32,000 nucleotides of DNA from Propionibacterium ruminifibrarum (lineage in GTDB: Bacteria; Actinomycetota; Actinomycetes; Propionibacteriales; Propionibacteriaceae), in contig NZ_OMOH01000004.1 in assembly GCF_900289195.1 (NCBI RefSeq), forward strand, positions 270,001-302,000, read 5' to 3'. This document shows positions 15,860 through 24,182 of the stretch, one piece after another (the stretch's first letter is position 1; every line of letters begins with the position of its first letter). The translations under genes and the position numbers were made by a program. The notes under the pieces are model-generated. The model was not told where the DNA came from. It ran no database searches and worked only from the letters and a program-made list of their open reading frames with translations.

Positions 15860-17847
15860 GCAGGGCCGACAGGAAGAACCGGGACAGGGGCACCGTGACC
15901 AGGGCCCATGAGCGCCCCGACTACGCCAAGAACGTCCACCACGGCGGCGGCCCCGGCGGGGGCAGGGTGCAGGAGAAGGCCGTCAACTTCGGCCCCTCCC
16001 TGCGCCGCCTGGTCGGCGAGCTCGCACCGCACCGGTGGGCGATCCTGTTCGTCATCGTGATGGGTTCGGCCGGCGTTGCCTTCAACGTCTACTCCCCCAG
16101 GCTGCTGGGGCGGGCGACGAACGTCGTCTACGAGGGCTTCATCGGCAGGATGCTCCCCGCCGGACTGACCAAGGAGCAGGCCATCGCCGCCTTGGAGGCG
16201 GCCGGCAAATCCGACCAGGCGCAGATGATCTCTGCCCTGGACGTCGTACCCGGCCAGGGCATCGACTTCACGCGCCTGGCCCACATCCTGCTGGCCTGCC
16301 TGACGCTGTACGTGCTGGCCTCGGTGCTGCAGTTCCTGCAGGGCTACATCCTCAACCGCGTCGTCCAGCACTCGGTGTACTCGATGCGCGACCAGGTGAG
16401 CAGCAAGCTCGACCGCCTGCCGCTGAGCTACTTCGACGCGCAGCCCCGCGGTGAGTTGCTCAGCCGCATCACGAACGACATCGACAACATCCAGCAGACC
16501 CTGCAGCAGACACTCACCCAGATGCTCAATGCCGTGCTGCAGCTGGCCGGCGTGCTCATCATGATGCTGACGGTCAGCCCGCGCCTGACGATCATCGCGC
16601 TGTGCGCCATTCCCGTCTCGTTCGTCGTCTCGGTGTCGATCGGCCGGGTGGCCCAGAAGCGCTTCGTGGGCATGTGGACCGCCACCGGCGTCCTCAACGG
16701 CCAGGTCGAGGAGGCCTTCACCGGACACTCCCTGGTCAAGGTCTTCGGCCGCCGCCGTGAGGTCGAGGCGGAGTTCGCCACGACGAACGGGGAGCTCTAC
16801 AAGCAGAGCTTCGGCGCCCAGGCGGTCAGCGCCCTGCTCATGCCGATCAACTTCTTCGTCGGGAACCTGACGTATGTGGCAGTGGCCGTCGTCGGCGGCC
16901 TACGCGTGGCGAGCGGCCAGATGCTCCTGGGCGACGTGACCTCGTTCATCCAGTACTCGCGGATGTTCACCCAGCCGATCACGCAGGTGGCCTCGATGGC
17001 GAACCTGCTGCAGTCGGGCGTGGCCAGCGCCGAGCGCGTCTTCGAGGTCCTCGACGCCGCCGAGCAGACCCCCGACCGCGAGGGCTCGCTGGAGTTGCCC
17101 GTCAAGGGCCACGTCGAATTCGATCACGTCGAGTTCTCCTACCGTCCCGATCAGCCACTCATCAAGGACCTCTCGCTCGACGTGCGCCCTGGACAGCAGA
17201 TCGCCATCGTCGGCCCGACCGGGGCCGGCAAGACGACGATGGTCAACCTGCTGGAGCGCTTCTACGACGTGGACGGCGGTGCCATCCGCATCGACGGCGT
17301 CGACATCAACGACGTACCGCGCGCGCAGTTGCGCGACCAGCTCGGCATGGTCCTGCAGGACACCTGGCTGTTCGGCGGTTCGGTCCGCGACAACATCGCC
17401 TACGGCAAGCCGGGCGCCACGGACGAGGAGATCGCCGAGGCGGCGAAGCAGGCCTACGTGGACCGCTTCGTCCAGACCCTGCCGGCCGGCTACGACACGG
17501 TCATCAACGACGAGGGGACGAACATCTCGGCGGGCGAGAAGCAGTTGCTCACCATCGCCCGTGCGTTCATCTCCGACCCGTCGATCCTCATCCTCGACGA
17601 GGCCACGAGCTCTGTCGACACCCGCACCGAGGCCCTCATCCAGAAGGCCATGGCGCGGCTGCGCGTCGGACGGACGAGCTTCGTCATCGCACACCGCCTC
17701 TCGACGATCCGTGACGCCGACACCATCCTCGTGATGGAGCACGGCGACATCGTCGAGCAGGGGAACCACGACGAACTGATCGCGGCCGAGGGCGCCTACT
17801 GGCGTCTCTACCAGGCCCAGTTCGCCGGAGGCCAGGAGGCCGCCTAG
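15856..17847 (+). CDS. ABC exporter half-transporter, partner subunit
   Basis: ATG at 15856 overlaps the upstream stop (ATGA). Walker A is GPTGAGKTT and Walker B is ILILDEATSSVD (canonical Glu). The signature ISAGEKQ is non-canonical. Confidence 0.9.
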   Translation: MSRADRKNRDRGTVTRAHERPDYAKNVHHGGGPGGGRVQEKAVNFGPSLRRLVGELAPHRWAILFVIVMGSAGVAFNVYSPRLLGRATNVVYEGFIGRMLPAGLTKEQAIAALEAAGKSDQAQMISALDVVPGQGIDFTRLAHILLACLTLYVLASVLQFLQGYILNRVVQHSVYSMRDQVSSKLDRLPLSYFDAQPRGELLSRITNDIDNIQQTLQQTLTQMLNAVLQLAGVLIMMLTVSPRLTIIALCAIPVSFVVSVSIGRVAQKRFVGMWTATGVLNGQVEEAFTGHSLVKVFGRRREVEAEFATTNGELYKQSFGAQAVSALLMPINFFVGNLTYVAVAVVGGLRVASGQMLLGDVTSFIQYSRMFTQPITQVASMANLLQSGVASAERVFEVLDAAEQTPDREGSLELPVKGHVEFDHVEFSYRPDQPLIKDLSLDVRPGQQIAIVGPTGAGKTTMVNLLERFYDVDGGAIRIDGVDINDVPRAQLRDQLGMVLQDTWLFGGSVRDNIAYGKPGATDEEIAEAAKQAYVDRFVQTLPAGYDTVINDEGTNISAGEKQLLTIARAFISDPSILILDEATSSVDTRTEALIQKAMARLRVGRTSFVIAHRLSTIRDADTILVMEHGDIVEQGNHDELIAAEGAYWRLYQAQFAGGQEAA

Positions 17848-17902
17848 GGCAGAAGGCATCCTCCGTGGGACCGCCTGGGGCAGTGGGCGGATCGCAGTGA
17901 GA

Positions 17903-17945
17903 GGGGAACCCCGGTACCGAACACCCTCCGGTACCGGGGTTCCCC
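17903..17945 (+). terminator. 17-bp perfect hairpin after the ABC pair
   Basis: GGGGAACCCCGGTACCG (17903-17919) pairs with 17929-17945 around a 9-nt loop, 56 nt after the stop at 17847. The downstream T content is weak (CTTGTCCC). Confidence 0.55.
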
Positions 17946-18005
17946 CTTGTCCCAGGCCGATTCATCACCCATGGCGCTCAGCCCTGTTCTCCATGGGCGA
18001 ATGTT

Positions 18006-18040
18006 ACTTTCTTGTATAAAGGAACTTTCTATGAGAAAGT
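18006..18040 (+). promoter_or_regulatory. AT-rich island with a repeated ACTTTCT motif, upstream of the oxidoreductase gene
   Basis: ACTTTCT occurs at 18006-18012 and 18024-18030, and its inverted copy AGAAAGT at 18034-18040 (7-bp inverted repeat with a 3-nt spacer). The surrounding ~60 nt are far more AT-rich than the rest of the window. The SD AAAGGAG is at 18061-18067. Confidence 0.3.
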
Positions 18041-18074
18041 ATTCATTGTTCCGATCCCCGAAAGGAGAAATCCC

Positions 18075-18692
18075 ATGACCTCAGTTTCGATACTCGGTGC
18101 AGGCAGTATTGGCTCGGCCGTCGCCACCGTGTTCGCCAAGGCCGGCGCCGACGTGCAGGTGCTCGCCCGTGACACCGCCAAGGGCGCAGACATTGAGGGC
18201 GTCACCGTCTCCCCGCTGGGAGAGCCCATCACCGGTGACGTCGTCGTCCTGGCCCTCCCCTACCCGGCCGTGGCCGAGGTCATCGACCAGTACGGCGCGA
18301 GCGCCTTCGACGGCCGGATCGTCGTCGACCCCACCAATCCGGTGAGCATCCCCGAGCTCACCGCGCTGCTCCCCGCCGGCACGTCGGCTGCCGCCGAGAT
18401 CGCCGCGAAGCTGCCCGGCGCCAGGGTCGTGAAGGCCTTCAACACGAACTTCGCGGCCACGATCGCGGCCGGCACGGCGTCCAACGGCGCGACGACAGTC
18501 GTCCTCGCCGCGGGCGATGACACCGAGGCCAAGGAGGCCCTGCGTTCACTCGTCGAGGGCGGCGGTCTGGCCTTCGCCGACGGCGGCGGCCTCGCCAATG
18601 CCGTGCGCCTCGAGGCGGTGGGCGCCGTCGGGATGCACCTCGCCCTGGCCGGCCGGATCGGCTGGACGGGCGGGTTGCTCATCACCGAGTGA
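18075..18692 (+). CDS. NAD(P)-binding oxidoreductase, NADPH-dependent F420 reductase-like family
   Basis: 205 aa from the ATG at 18075. The N-terminal dinucleotide fold is SILGAGSIGSAVATVFAKAGADVQVLARD, followed by VVVLALPYPAV and VVKAFNT, typical of the F420_oxidored / ProC-like family. Confidence 0.75.
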   Translation: MTSVSILGAGSIGSAVATVFAKAGADVQVLARDTAKGADIEGVTVSPLGEPITGDVVVLALPYPAVAEVIDQYGASAFDGRIVVDPTNPVSIPELTALLPAGTSAAAEIAAKLPGARVVKAFNTNFAATIAAGTASNGATTVVLAAGDDTEAKEALRSLVEGGGLAFADGGGLANAVRLEAVGAVGMHLALAGRIGWTGGLLITE

Positions 18693-18713
18693 CTGAACCG
18701 ATCGCTGCGCACA

Positions 18714-18751
18714 ACGAATGCCGCCGGAGCCACGGTTCCGGCGGCATTCGT
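18714..18751 (+). terminator. 15-bp perfect hairpin between the oxidoreductase and HxlR genes
   Basis: ACGAATGCCGCCGGA (18714-18728) pairs with TCCGGCGGCATTCGT (18737-18751) around an 8-nt loop, 22 nt after the stop at 18692. Confidence 0.5.
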
Positions 18752-18795
18752 GCGTGCCCGTGTTCTGTACAGTGGTCCCAGATGTTCTGGGGGTG

Positions 18796-19197
18796 ATGAT
18801 GTCCGAAGCGCCGGGCGGAGCGGGCGAGGGCTCCTTCAATCCTTATTCCCGGGCGTGCCCCTCGCGGCGGTTTCTGAAGTTCCTCGGCGATCTGTGGACG
18901 GTTCTCGTCATCGGGGCGCTGTACGAGGCCGGTTCGCCGCAGCGGTTCACGGAGATCTCCCTGCGTGTCGACGGGATCTCCACGAAGATGCTGACCAATA
19001 CCCTGCGCGCCCTGGAACGCGACGGCCTGGTCCTGAGGCACCAGTACGCCGAGATGCCTCCGCGCGTCACCTACGAGCTGAGTCCGATGGGGCAGGACCT
19101 GGCGAACGTCCTGCGGGACGTCGAGGGATGGGCGACGGGTCACATGCAGGACGTCCTCGACGCGCGCGAGTCGTACGACGTCGCTCACGGCGAGTGA
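18796..19197 (+). CDS. HxlR-family (winged-helix) transcriptional regulator
   Basis: 133 aa from the ATG at 18796. The sequence CPSRRFLKFLGDLWTVLVIGAL ... RFTEISLRVDGISTKMLTNTLRALERDGLVLR ... PPRVTYELSPMG matches the HxlR pattern. Confidence 0.85.
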   Translation: MMSEAPGGAGEGSFNPYSRACPSRRFLKFLGDLWTVLVIGALYEAGSPQRFTEISLRVDGISTKMLTNTLRALERDGLVLRHQYAEMPPRVTYELSPMGQDLANVLRDVEGWATGHMQDVLDARESYDVAHGE

Positions 19198-19218
19198 CCC
19201 GGCCACCCGCCCTGAACC

Positions 19219-20046
19219 TCAGTGCGTCAGCAGCTGGGACAGCGACAATGCTTCGCGGCCGGTCAGGGCGCGCACGTCATCGGTGACCATGGCGACCTCT
19301 CCGGCGGCGATGGCCGTATAGGTGCTGACCCACGCGTCCAGCTGCCAGTCGGGAACGCCGTAACGGGCGCGGTCTGCGTAGGCCTCCTCGACGGTCTGGG
19401 GCCGGTAGCTCGTCGGCACACCGGTCAGGCGGGTGACGGTCTCGGCCACCTGCGCCAGGCTGATCGCCTGCGGGCCGGTCAGGTTGTAGGTGAGTCCGGC
19501 GTGCCGCGCTGGATCGGTCAGGACGGCGGCGGCACTCGCCGCCACGTCGGCCTGGGCGACGGCTCCGACGACGCCGTCACCGGCGGGACCGGCGATGACC
19601 CCGTCCACGGCCATCTCGGGCAGGAAGTCGAGGTAGAAGCTGTCGCGCAGGAAGGTGAAGGCCATGCCCGATGCCCGAATGGCCTGCTCGGTGGCCCAGT
19701 GGGTGCGAGACAGGGTGAACACGGCATCGGGCGCCGCGCCCAGAAATGACGTGTAGACCACGTGGGACACGCCGGCCGCCGCGGCTGAGGCGATGAACGC
19801 CCGGTGCTGGTCGAGACGGTCGGCGCTCTCGGCCGCCGAGACCATGAACAGCACGTCGAGCCCGGCCAGCGCCTCACGATTGGCGGGGTCGCCGTACCCG
19901 TCGGTGACGCGCACCTGCCAGGGTCCCTGCGGGGCGCGCGAGGCGTCACGGACGACGAGAACGAGTTCGTCCGGTCCCCCTGCGAGCAGTCGCGCCACCA
20001 TGCCGCCGATGTGGCCGGTCGCTCCCGTGATCCCGATCCGTGTCAT
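19219..20046 (-). CDS. NmrA-like / atypical SDR NAD(P)-binding protein
   Basis: 275 aa, beginning MTRIGITGATGHIGGMVARLL (the GxxGxxG of the NmrA/SDR-a family). The SD AAGGAGG lies 6 nt upstream of the ATG at 20046. Confidence 0.85.
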   Translation of the reverse strand: MTRIGITGATGHIGGMVARLLAGGPDELVLVVRDASRAPQGPWQVRVTDGYGDPANREALAGLDVLFMVSAAESADRLDQHRAFIASAAAAGVSHVVYTSFLGAAPDAVFTLSRTHWATEQAIRASGMAFTFLRDSFYLDFLPEMAVDGVIAGPAGDGVVGAVAQADVAASAAAVLTDPARHAGLTYNLTGPQAISLAQVAETVTRLTGVPTSYRPQTVEEAYADRARYGVPDWQLDAWVSTYTAIAAGEVAMVTDDVRALTGREALSLSQLLTH

Positions 20047-20093
20047 GGATGCCCTCCTTGTTCATCCTGATTCTTCAGCAGTTCCTGGTCACA

Positions 20094-20121
20094 GGCCCCG
20101 ATGTCCAAGACATCCGGGGCC
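20094..20121 (-). terminator. Hairpin downstream of the small 2-TM gene
   Basis: GGCCCCGATGTC (20094-20105) pairs with GACATCCGGGGCC (20109-20121): 12 bp with one bulged C and a 3-nt loop. It lies about 83 nt after the stop at 20204. Confidence 0.35.
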
Positions 20122-20203
20122 AGGACATGACCCGGCAGGTCGCCGGGCGCGCCACGAGGAGCAGGGCGGCCGCCCCAGCAGTTCGTGCCTGCTCGGCAGG
20201 TGT

Positions 20204-20782
20204 TCACAGCGCGGCATCCTGCCGGGAGAACCCGGCGTAGCGTTGGTGTGCCCGGATGATGATCGCCCAGGTCCGCTCGGGCTCCTTGCCGAGGACGGTG
20301 TTGGGCACCGGTACGCTCTCGGCCGGCTGCTCGGGGGTGGCGGGGATCTGCAGGTGGCAGATGCGGTTGTTCGACCGGCCGATGCGGTCCACCGTGACCT
20401 GTGAGATCTCGTGCCAACGGTAGGCGTACTGACGCCGCCAGACGCCCTTGACCTGTTCCTCGTGGACGATGCCGATGGTGCTCAGCGCCACCTGGTGGGG
20501 CCGGGCGAGCAGTCTGGTCATCGCATAGCTGCCGATGATGCTCAGGACCGCCGTGCCGCCGAAGACGGCGATCATCGCCAGGTCGTGGCCCCAGAGGCCG
20601 ATGAGTCCGAAGATGAGTGCGACGCTGACGGCGCCCCCGCTGAGCAGCAGGAAGTCCCGCCGCGGCCCGGCCGGGTCGGACGTCATGACGAGGGGCCAGC
20701 CGGTGTCGATGTGCGCCAGGGCGTCCTCGACACCCTGGTCCGCGGACGCGTCGTTCATCCAGGGGGCGGGCTCTTGTCTCAT
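20204..20782 (-). CDS. Small membrane protein (2 predicted TM helices + soluble C-terminal domain), paralog of 23317..23910
   Basis: 192 aa from the ATG at 20782 (aa 149 of the 340-aa track ORF, whose N-terminal part overlaps the GH31 gene). There are two hydrophobic stretches: FLLLSGGAVSVALIFGLIGLW and MIAVFGGTAVLSIIGSYAM. The C-terminal part aligns with the other paralog. Confidence 0.6.
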   Translation of the reverse strand: MRQEPAPWMNDASADQGVEDALAHIDTGWPLVMTSDPAGPRRDFLLLSGGAVSVALIFGLIGLWGHDLAMIAVFGGTAVLSIIGSYAMTRLLARPHQVALSTIGIVHEEQVKGVWRRQYAYRWHEISQVTVDRIGRSNNRICHLQIPATPEQPAESVPVPNTVLGKEPERTWAIIIRAHQRYAGFSRQDAAL

Positions 20783-20891
20783 CGACCACGATCGTAGCGG
20801 AGCGCCGCCGCGCCATGTGCCGACCGGGGCCGGGGCCGACGGGCTCACGGTGATCCACGCCGCAGCGAACCCGGTTGCCAGGTGCGGGGTG

Positions 20892-23219
20892 TCAATGGCC
20901 CGGATCGGCGACGATGATCTCGCTGACGGCCTCGACGAGGTCCTCGGGCAGGGGCGCGGCCTCGCCGTGGACGATCCCGCGCACCCGCGCCTCGCGCAGC
21001 GCGACGACCTGGTCGAGCGGTTCGCCGGCGGCGACGAGCTCGCTGATGGCGTTCTTCGCGGTGTGCGCGCACTGCGCCGCCACGAGCAGTTCGTGGATGC
21101 GCGGGGCGGGCTCGTTGGAGCCCAGGTCCGTCCCCTCGGGCAGCTGGACGACCAGGCCCTCAACGGCCCGGGCCTCACCGAGGTAGACCACGGACCCCGA
21201 ACCGTCGCCTTCCGGTTCCGCGCCAATGACGCGCGCCCTCCAGCGCCGCCGGTCGGGCACCACCCAGGTGGCCCCCTTGGCCGGGTGCACGGTCAGCGTC
21301 CGTCCCGCCTGGTCCCACTCGATGCGGGTGCGGGCGGTGGCGGGCTCGAGCGCCCCGTCGTCCTCGACGAGCTCGTAGGAGGCGTCGGCTCCTGGCACGA
21401 CGAGCAGCTCGATCTCGTCGGGGTTGTCGGTGGCGGCTCCGGTGCTCGTCGGGATGATGGAGCCGGCACGGGCGAACACGGGGATGGTCTTCAACCCCCG
21501 GCGCACGGTGAGGAAGCGGTCTCCCCGGTAGACGAGCCCGGTGAAGACGTCCACCCAGGTGCCCGGGGGGAACCAGACGCGGGCGGACGCGGTCTGCGAG
21601 GCCTTGTCGAGGGGCCGCGTGATCGGGGCGACGAGCAGGTCGCGCCCGAGCAGGTACTCACCGGAGGCCTCGTAGGACTCGAAGCGGTCGCCCCACTCGT
21701 GGTAGACGGGCCGCACGAGTGGGGCCCCGGTGGCCCACTCGGTGTAGAGATAGGGCACCAGGGCGTGACGCAGGCGCAGGAACCGGGTCATGACCGACCG
21801 CGCAACGGTTCCGTAGTTCCACGGTTCCTTGCCGGCGAACGGGTCATCGCTCGAGTGCAGCCGGGTGAACGGCGAGAACACACCGAATTGCAGCCAGCGA
21901 GTGGCCAGCTCGTCGTCGTGGGACCCGAAGACATGCCCGCCGATGTCGTGGCTCCACATGCCGTAACCGATGTTGGCGGCCGTCGCTGTGAACCTCGGCT
22001 GGAAGGCGAGGGAGGCCCACGTGGCGACGGCGTCGCCGGAGAAGCCCACCGGGAAGCGGTGGGAGCCGGGTCCGGCGTACCGCGACAGGATCAGCGGGCG
22101 CCTGCCCCGGGCCGCCATGTCGGCGGTGTGCGCCTGGTTGAGCCGCCACAGCGGGTCCACGCCGTCGGTACCGACCGTGCCCTGCTGCCAGTCGATCCAC
22201 CAGAAGTCGACGCCCATGTCCTCCAGCGGGTGGTGCACCTGCTCGAAGTAGGCCCTGGTGAACGCCGGGTCGGACAGGTCGAACTCCACCGGGAGCCCGG
22301 CCTCGGGGTCCCGCCCCATGGCCTCGCACACCGCCGGGTAGCAGTCCTCGTAGGCGCGGATGCCGTCGGCGGGGTGCACGTTGAGCGTGACGTGCAGGCC
22401 CCGCGCGTGCAGGCCGGCGAGGAAGCCCTCGGGATCGGCGAACAGATCGCGGTTCCACGTATACCCGGTCCAGCCGTGCCCGTAGGCGGGGTCGATGTCG
22501 GTGATGTGCCAGTCCATGTCGATGACCGCCACCGAGAAGGGGACGTTCTCGGCGGCGAAACGGTCCATGAGCCGCTCGTACTCGTCCTGCGTGTAGGCGT
22601 GGTAGCGGCTCCACCAGTTGCCGAAGGCCCAGCGGGGGATCAATGGCGGGGCTCCCGCGATGCGGTAGAAGTCCTCGACCGCCCCGGCGTGGTCGAGCCC
22701 GTGGACGAAGACGTAGACGTCGACGGTGCCCGGGGCCCTGGGGACGAGCCGGTCGCCGTCGATGACGAGCGAGGCCGAGTCGTCGAGCACCGCCAGACCG
22801 TTACGGGTGGCCAGGCCCTCCCCCATGGCGATGGGCCCGTCGGCGCCGTCGAGGGTGCGCGCGGTGCCGCCGAGGTTGGACGCCAGCCCAAGGGCGGCGC
22901 CGAACATGTTCGGCAGTGGCTGGCCGTAGCGCCACGCCGACTCGTAGTCGCCCCGGCCCTTGACCCGCAGGGACTGCGGTGACGGCTCGGTGCCGTCGTA
23001 GTCGAGTTGGAAGGCGGCGGTGATGACCTGCACGACACCCGGTTCGTCGCGCACCTGGGCGCGGACCGGGCTGAAGGGGCGTCTGGTCACGACCTGGGTG
23101 GGACGGTCCTCGAAGACGCCCTGCGGGCTCCACTCGTAGCGCAGCAGGTGCTCACCGAGGACGCTGATGCGCCAGTGCTCGCCGCTCAGCTGCAACCGCT
23201 CGGACTCGCCCATCCCCAT
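20892..23219 (-). CDS. Glycoside hydrolase family 31 (alpha-glucosidase/alpha-xylosidase type), no signal peptide
   Basis: GH31 hallmarks: GVDFWWIDWQQG (nucleophile region), HRFPVGFSGD, and WLQFGVFSPFTRLHS. I prefer the ATG at 23219 because AAGGGGGA lies 5 nt upstream. The maximal ORF starts at 23252 with no SD. Confidence 0.9.
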   Translation of the reverse strand: MGMGESERLQLSGEHWRISVLGEHLLRYEWSPQGVFEDRPTQVVTRRPFSPVRAQVRDEPGVVQVITAAFQLDYDGTEPSPQSLRVKGRGDYESAWRYGQPLPNMFGAALGLASNLGGTARTLDGADGPIAMGEGLATRNGLAVLDDSASLVIDGDRLVPRAPGTVDVYVFVHGLDHAGAVEDFYRIAGAPPLIPRWAFGNWWSRYHAYTQDEYERLMDRFAAENVPFSVAVIDMDWHITDIDPAYGHGWTGYTWNRDLFADPEGFLAGLHARGLHVTLNVHPADGIRAYEDCYPAVCEAMGRDPEAGLPVEFDLSDPAFTRAYFEQVHHPLEDMGVDFWWIDWQQGTVGTDGVDPLWRLNQAHTADMAARGRRPLILSRYAGPGSHRFPVGFSGDAVATWASLAFQPRFTATAANIGYGMWSHDIGGHVFGSHDDELATRWLQFGVFSPFTRLHSSDDPFAGKEPWNYGTVARSVMTRFLRLRHALVPYLYTEWATGAPLVRPVYHEWGDRFESYEASGEYLLGRDLLVAPITRPLDKASQTASARVWFPPGTWVDVFTGLVYRGDRFLTVRRGLKTIPVFARAGSIIPTSTGAATDNPDEIELLVVPGADASYELVEDDGALEPATARTRIEWDQAGRTLTVHPAKGATWVVPDRRRWRARVIGAEPEGDGSGSVVYLGEARAVEGLVVQLPEGTDLGSNEPAPRIHELLVAAQCAHTAKNAISELVAAGEPLDQVVALREARVRGIVHGEAAPLPEDLVEAVSEIIVADPGH

Positions 23220-23316
23220 GTGATCCCCCTTGTCGTAGGCCAGTCGTGACATACGAGGGCCAGCCTAGCGGTTGTCGGCTCAGGCGTCATGGAGTTCAGG
23301 CGGCGGCGGTGAACGT

Positions 23317-23910
23317 TCAGTTGGCGGCCTGGAACTGCTTCGACCACTCGTAGTAGCGCATGTGGGCCTGCTGCATGAGGAACCAGACGTGCTCCCTCTC
23401 CTGCACGTCACGGATGACATAGTCCGGGAACGCGACGACGGTTTCCTCACCGACGCCGCGTTTGGGTCTGAGCTGGCAGATCTTGATCGTGCGGCCTGAC
23501 CTGACGGCGACCACGTCGACCTTGTCCACGTCGCACCAGCGGTACGCGAACTTGTTCACCCACCCGCCGTCCCTGAGCGTGTCGTGGACGACGCCGCGGC
23601 TGTTGATGACGACCCTGACGGGGGCCTTCTGGATGAAGTTGTAGGCGATCGCGCGCACCACGGCGACGAAGGCCGCGACGACGATGACCCAGGCGAGGGT
23701 CGTCCTGGTGATGAGGGCGGCGACAAGAGCACCGACGAGGATCACTGCGCAGATGACCAGGAGCCAGATCCTGAATCGTTTCGACTTCGTGGGCTCGAAG
23801 GTGTAAAGGAGGTCCTCACCGGCATCCAGGCCGGAGAACATCCGGTTGAGTTCGTCCGGGGAGACCTGGGACCGCGTTTGGTAGATCGGAGGGGGGTCGA
23901 TTGCGCTCAT
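23317..23910 (-). CDS. Small membrane protein (2 predicted TM helices + soluble C-terminal domain), paralog of 20204..20782
   Basis: 197 aa. The hydrophobic stretches are FRIWLLVICAVILVGALVAALI and LAWVIVVAAFVAVVRAIAY. The C-terminal domain shares GVVH, FAYRW, ICQL, ER..W and AHMRY with the paralog. Confidence 0.65.
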   Translation of the reverse strand: MSAIDPPPIYQTRSQVSPDELNRMFSGLDAGEDLLYTFEPTKSKRFRIWLLVICAVILVGALVAALITRTTLAWVIVVAAFVAVVRAIAYNFIQKAPVRVVINSRGVVHDTLRDGGWVNKFAYRWCDVDKVDVVAVRSGRTIKICQLRPKRGVGEETVVAFPDYVIRDVQEREHVWFLMQQAHMRYYEWSKQFQAAN

Positions 23911-24084
23911 GAGAGGTGTCCGTCTTGTCCTGGTCGTGTGCCACCGTCATGGGCGGGGCAGTGCGGGGTGTTCCCGCTGAACGATACACCCGGCCCCAGT
24001 TGTCCCTCCCCTTGAACGGCGTCGTCGATACCCAGGAGAGAACCCCGGGATCTGCTGGGTGATGGGTCGGATGAGCAAGCACAG

Positions 24085-24126
24085 AGTTTCATTGAAACTT
24101 GAAACGCTTGACGGTGACGATAGTCT
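24085..24126 (+). promoter_or_regulatory. Candidate azoR promoter with an overlapping 15-bp palindrome
   Basis: AGTTTCATTGAAACT (24085-24099) is a perfect palindrome. It overlaps a -35-like TTGAAA (24099-24104), followed by a 16-nt spacer and a -10-like TAGTCT (24121-24126). This is about 57 nt upstream of the azoR ATG. Confidence 0.35.
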
Positions 24127-24182
24127 CGCTCTTGCGCACTCAGCGCGTGAACGAACCCACCCCCGCAACCCGAGGAGCAGAC

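Noticed and set aside
20047-20093. CTGATTCTTCAG-containing AT-rich patch upstream of the NmrA-like gene as an HxlR operator
   Set aside because: Only a 4-bp inverted repeat (CTGA/TCAG) is present, which is too weak to call. The region is adequately explained by the SD (AAGGAGG) and a promoter.
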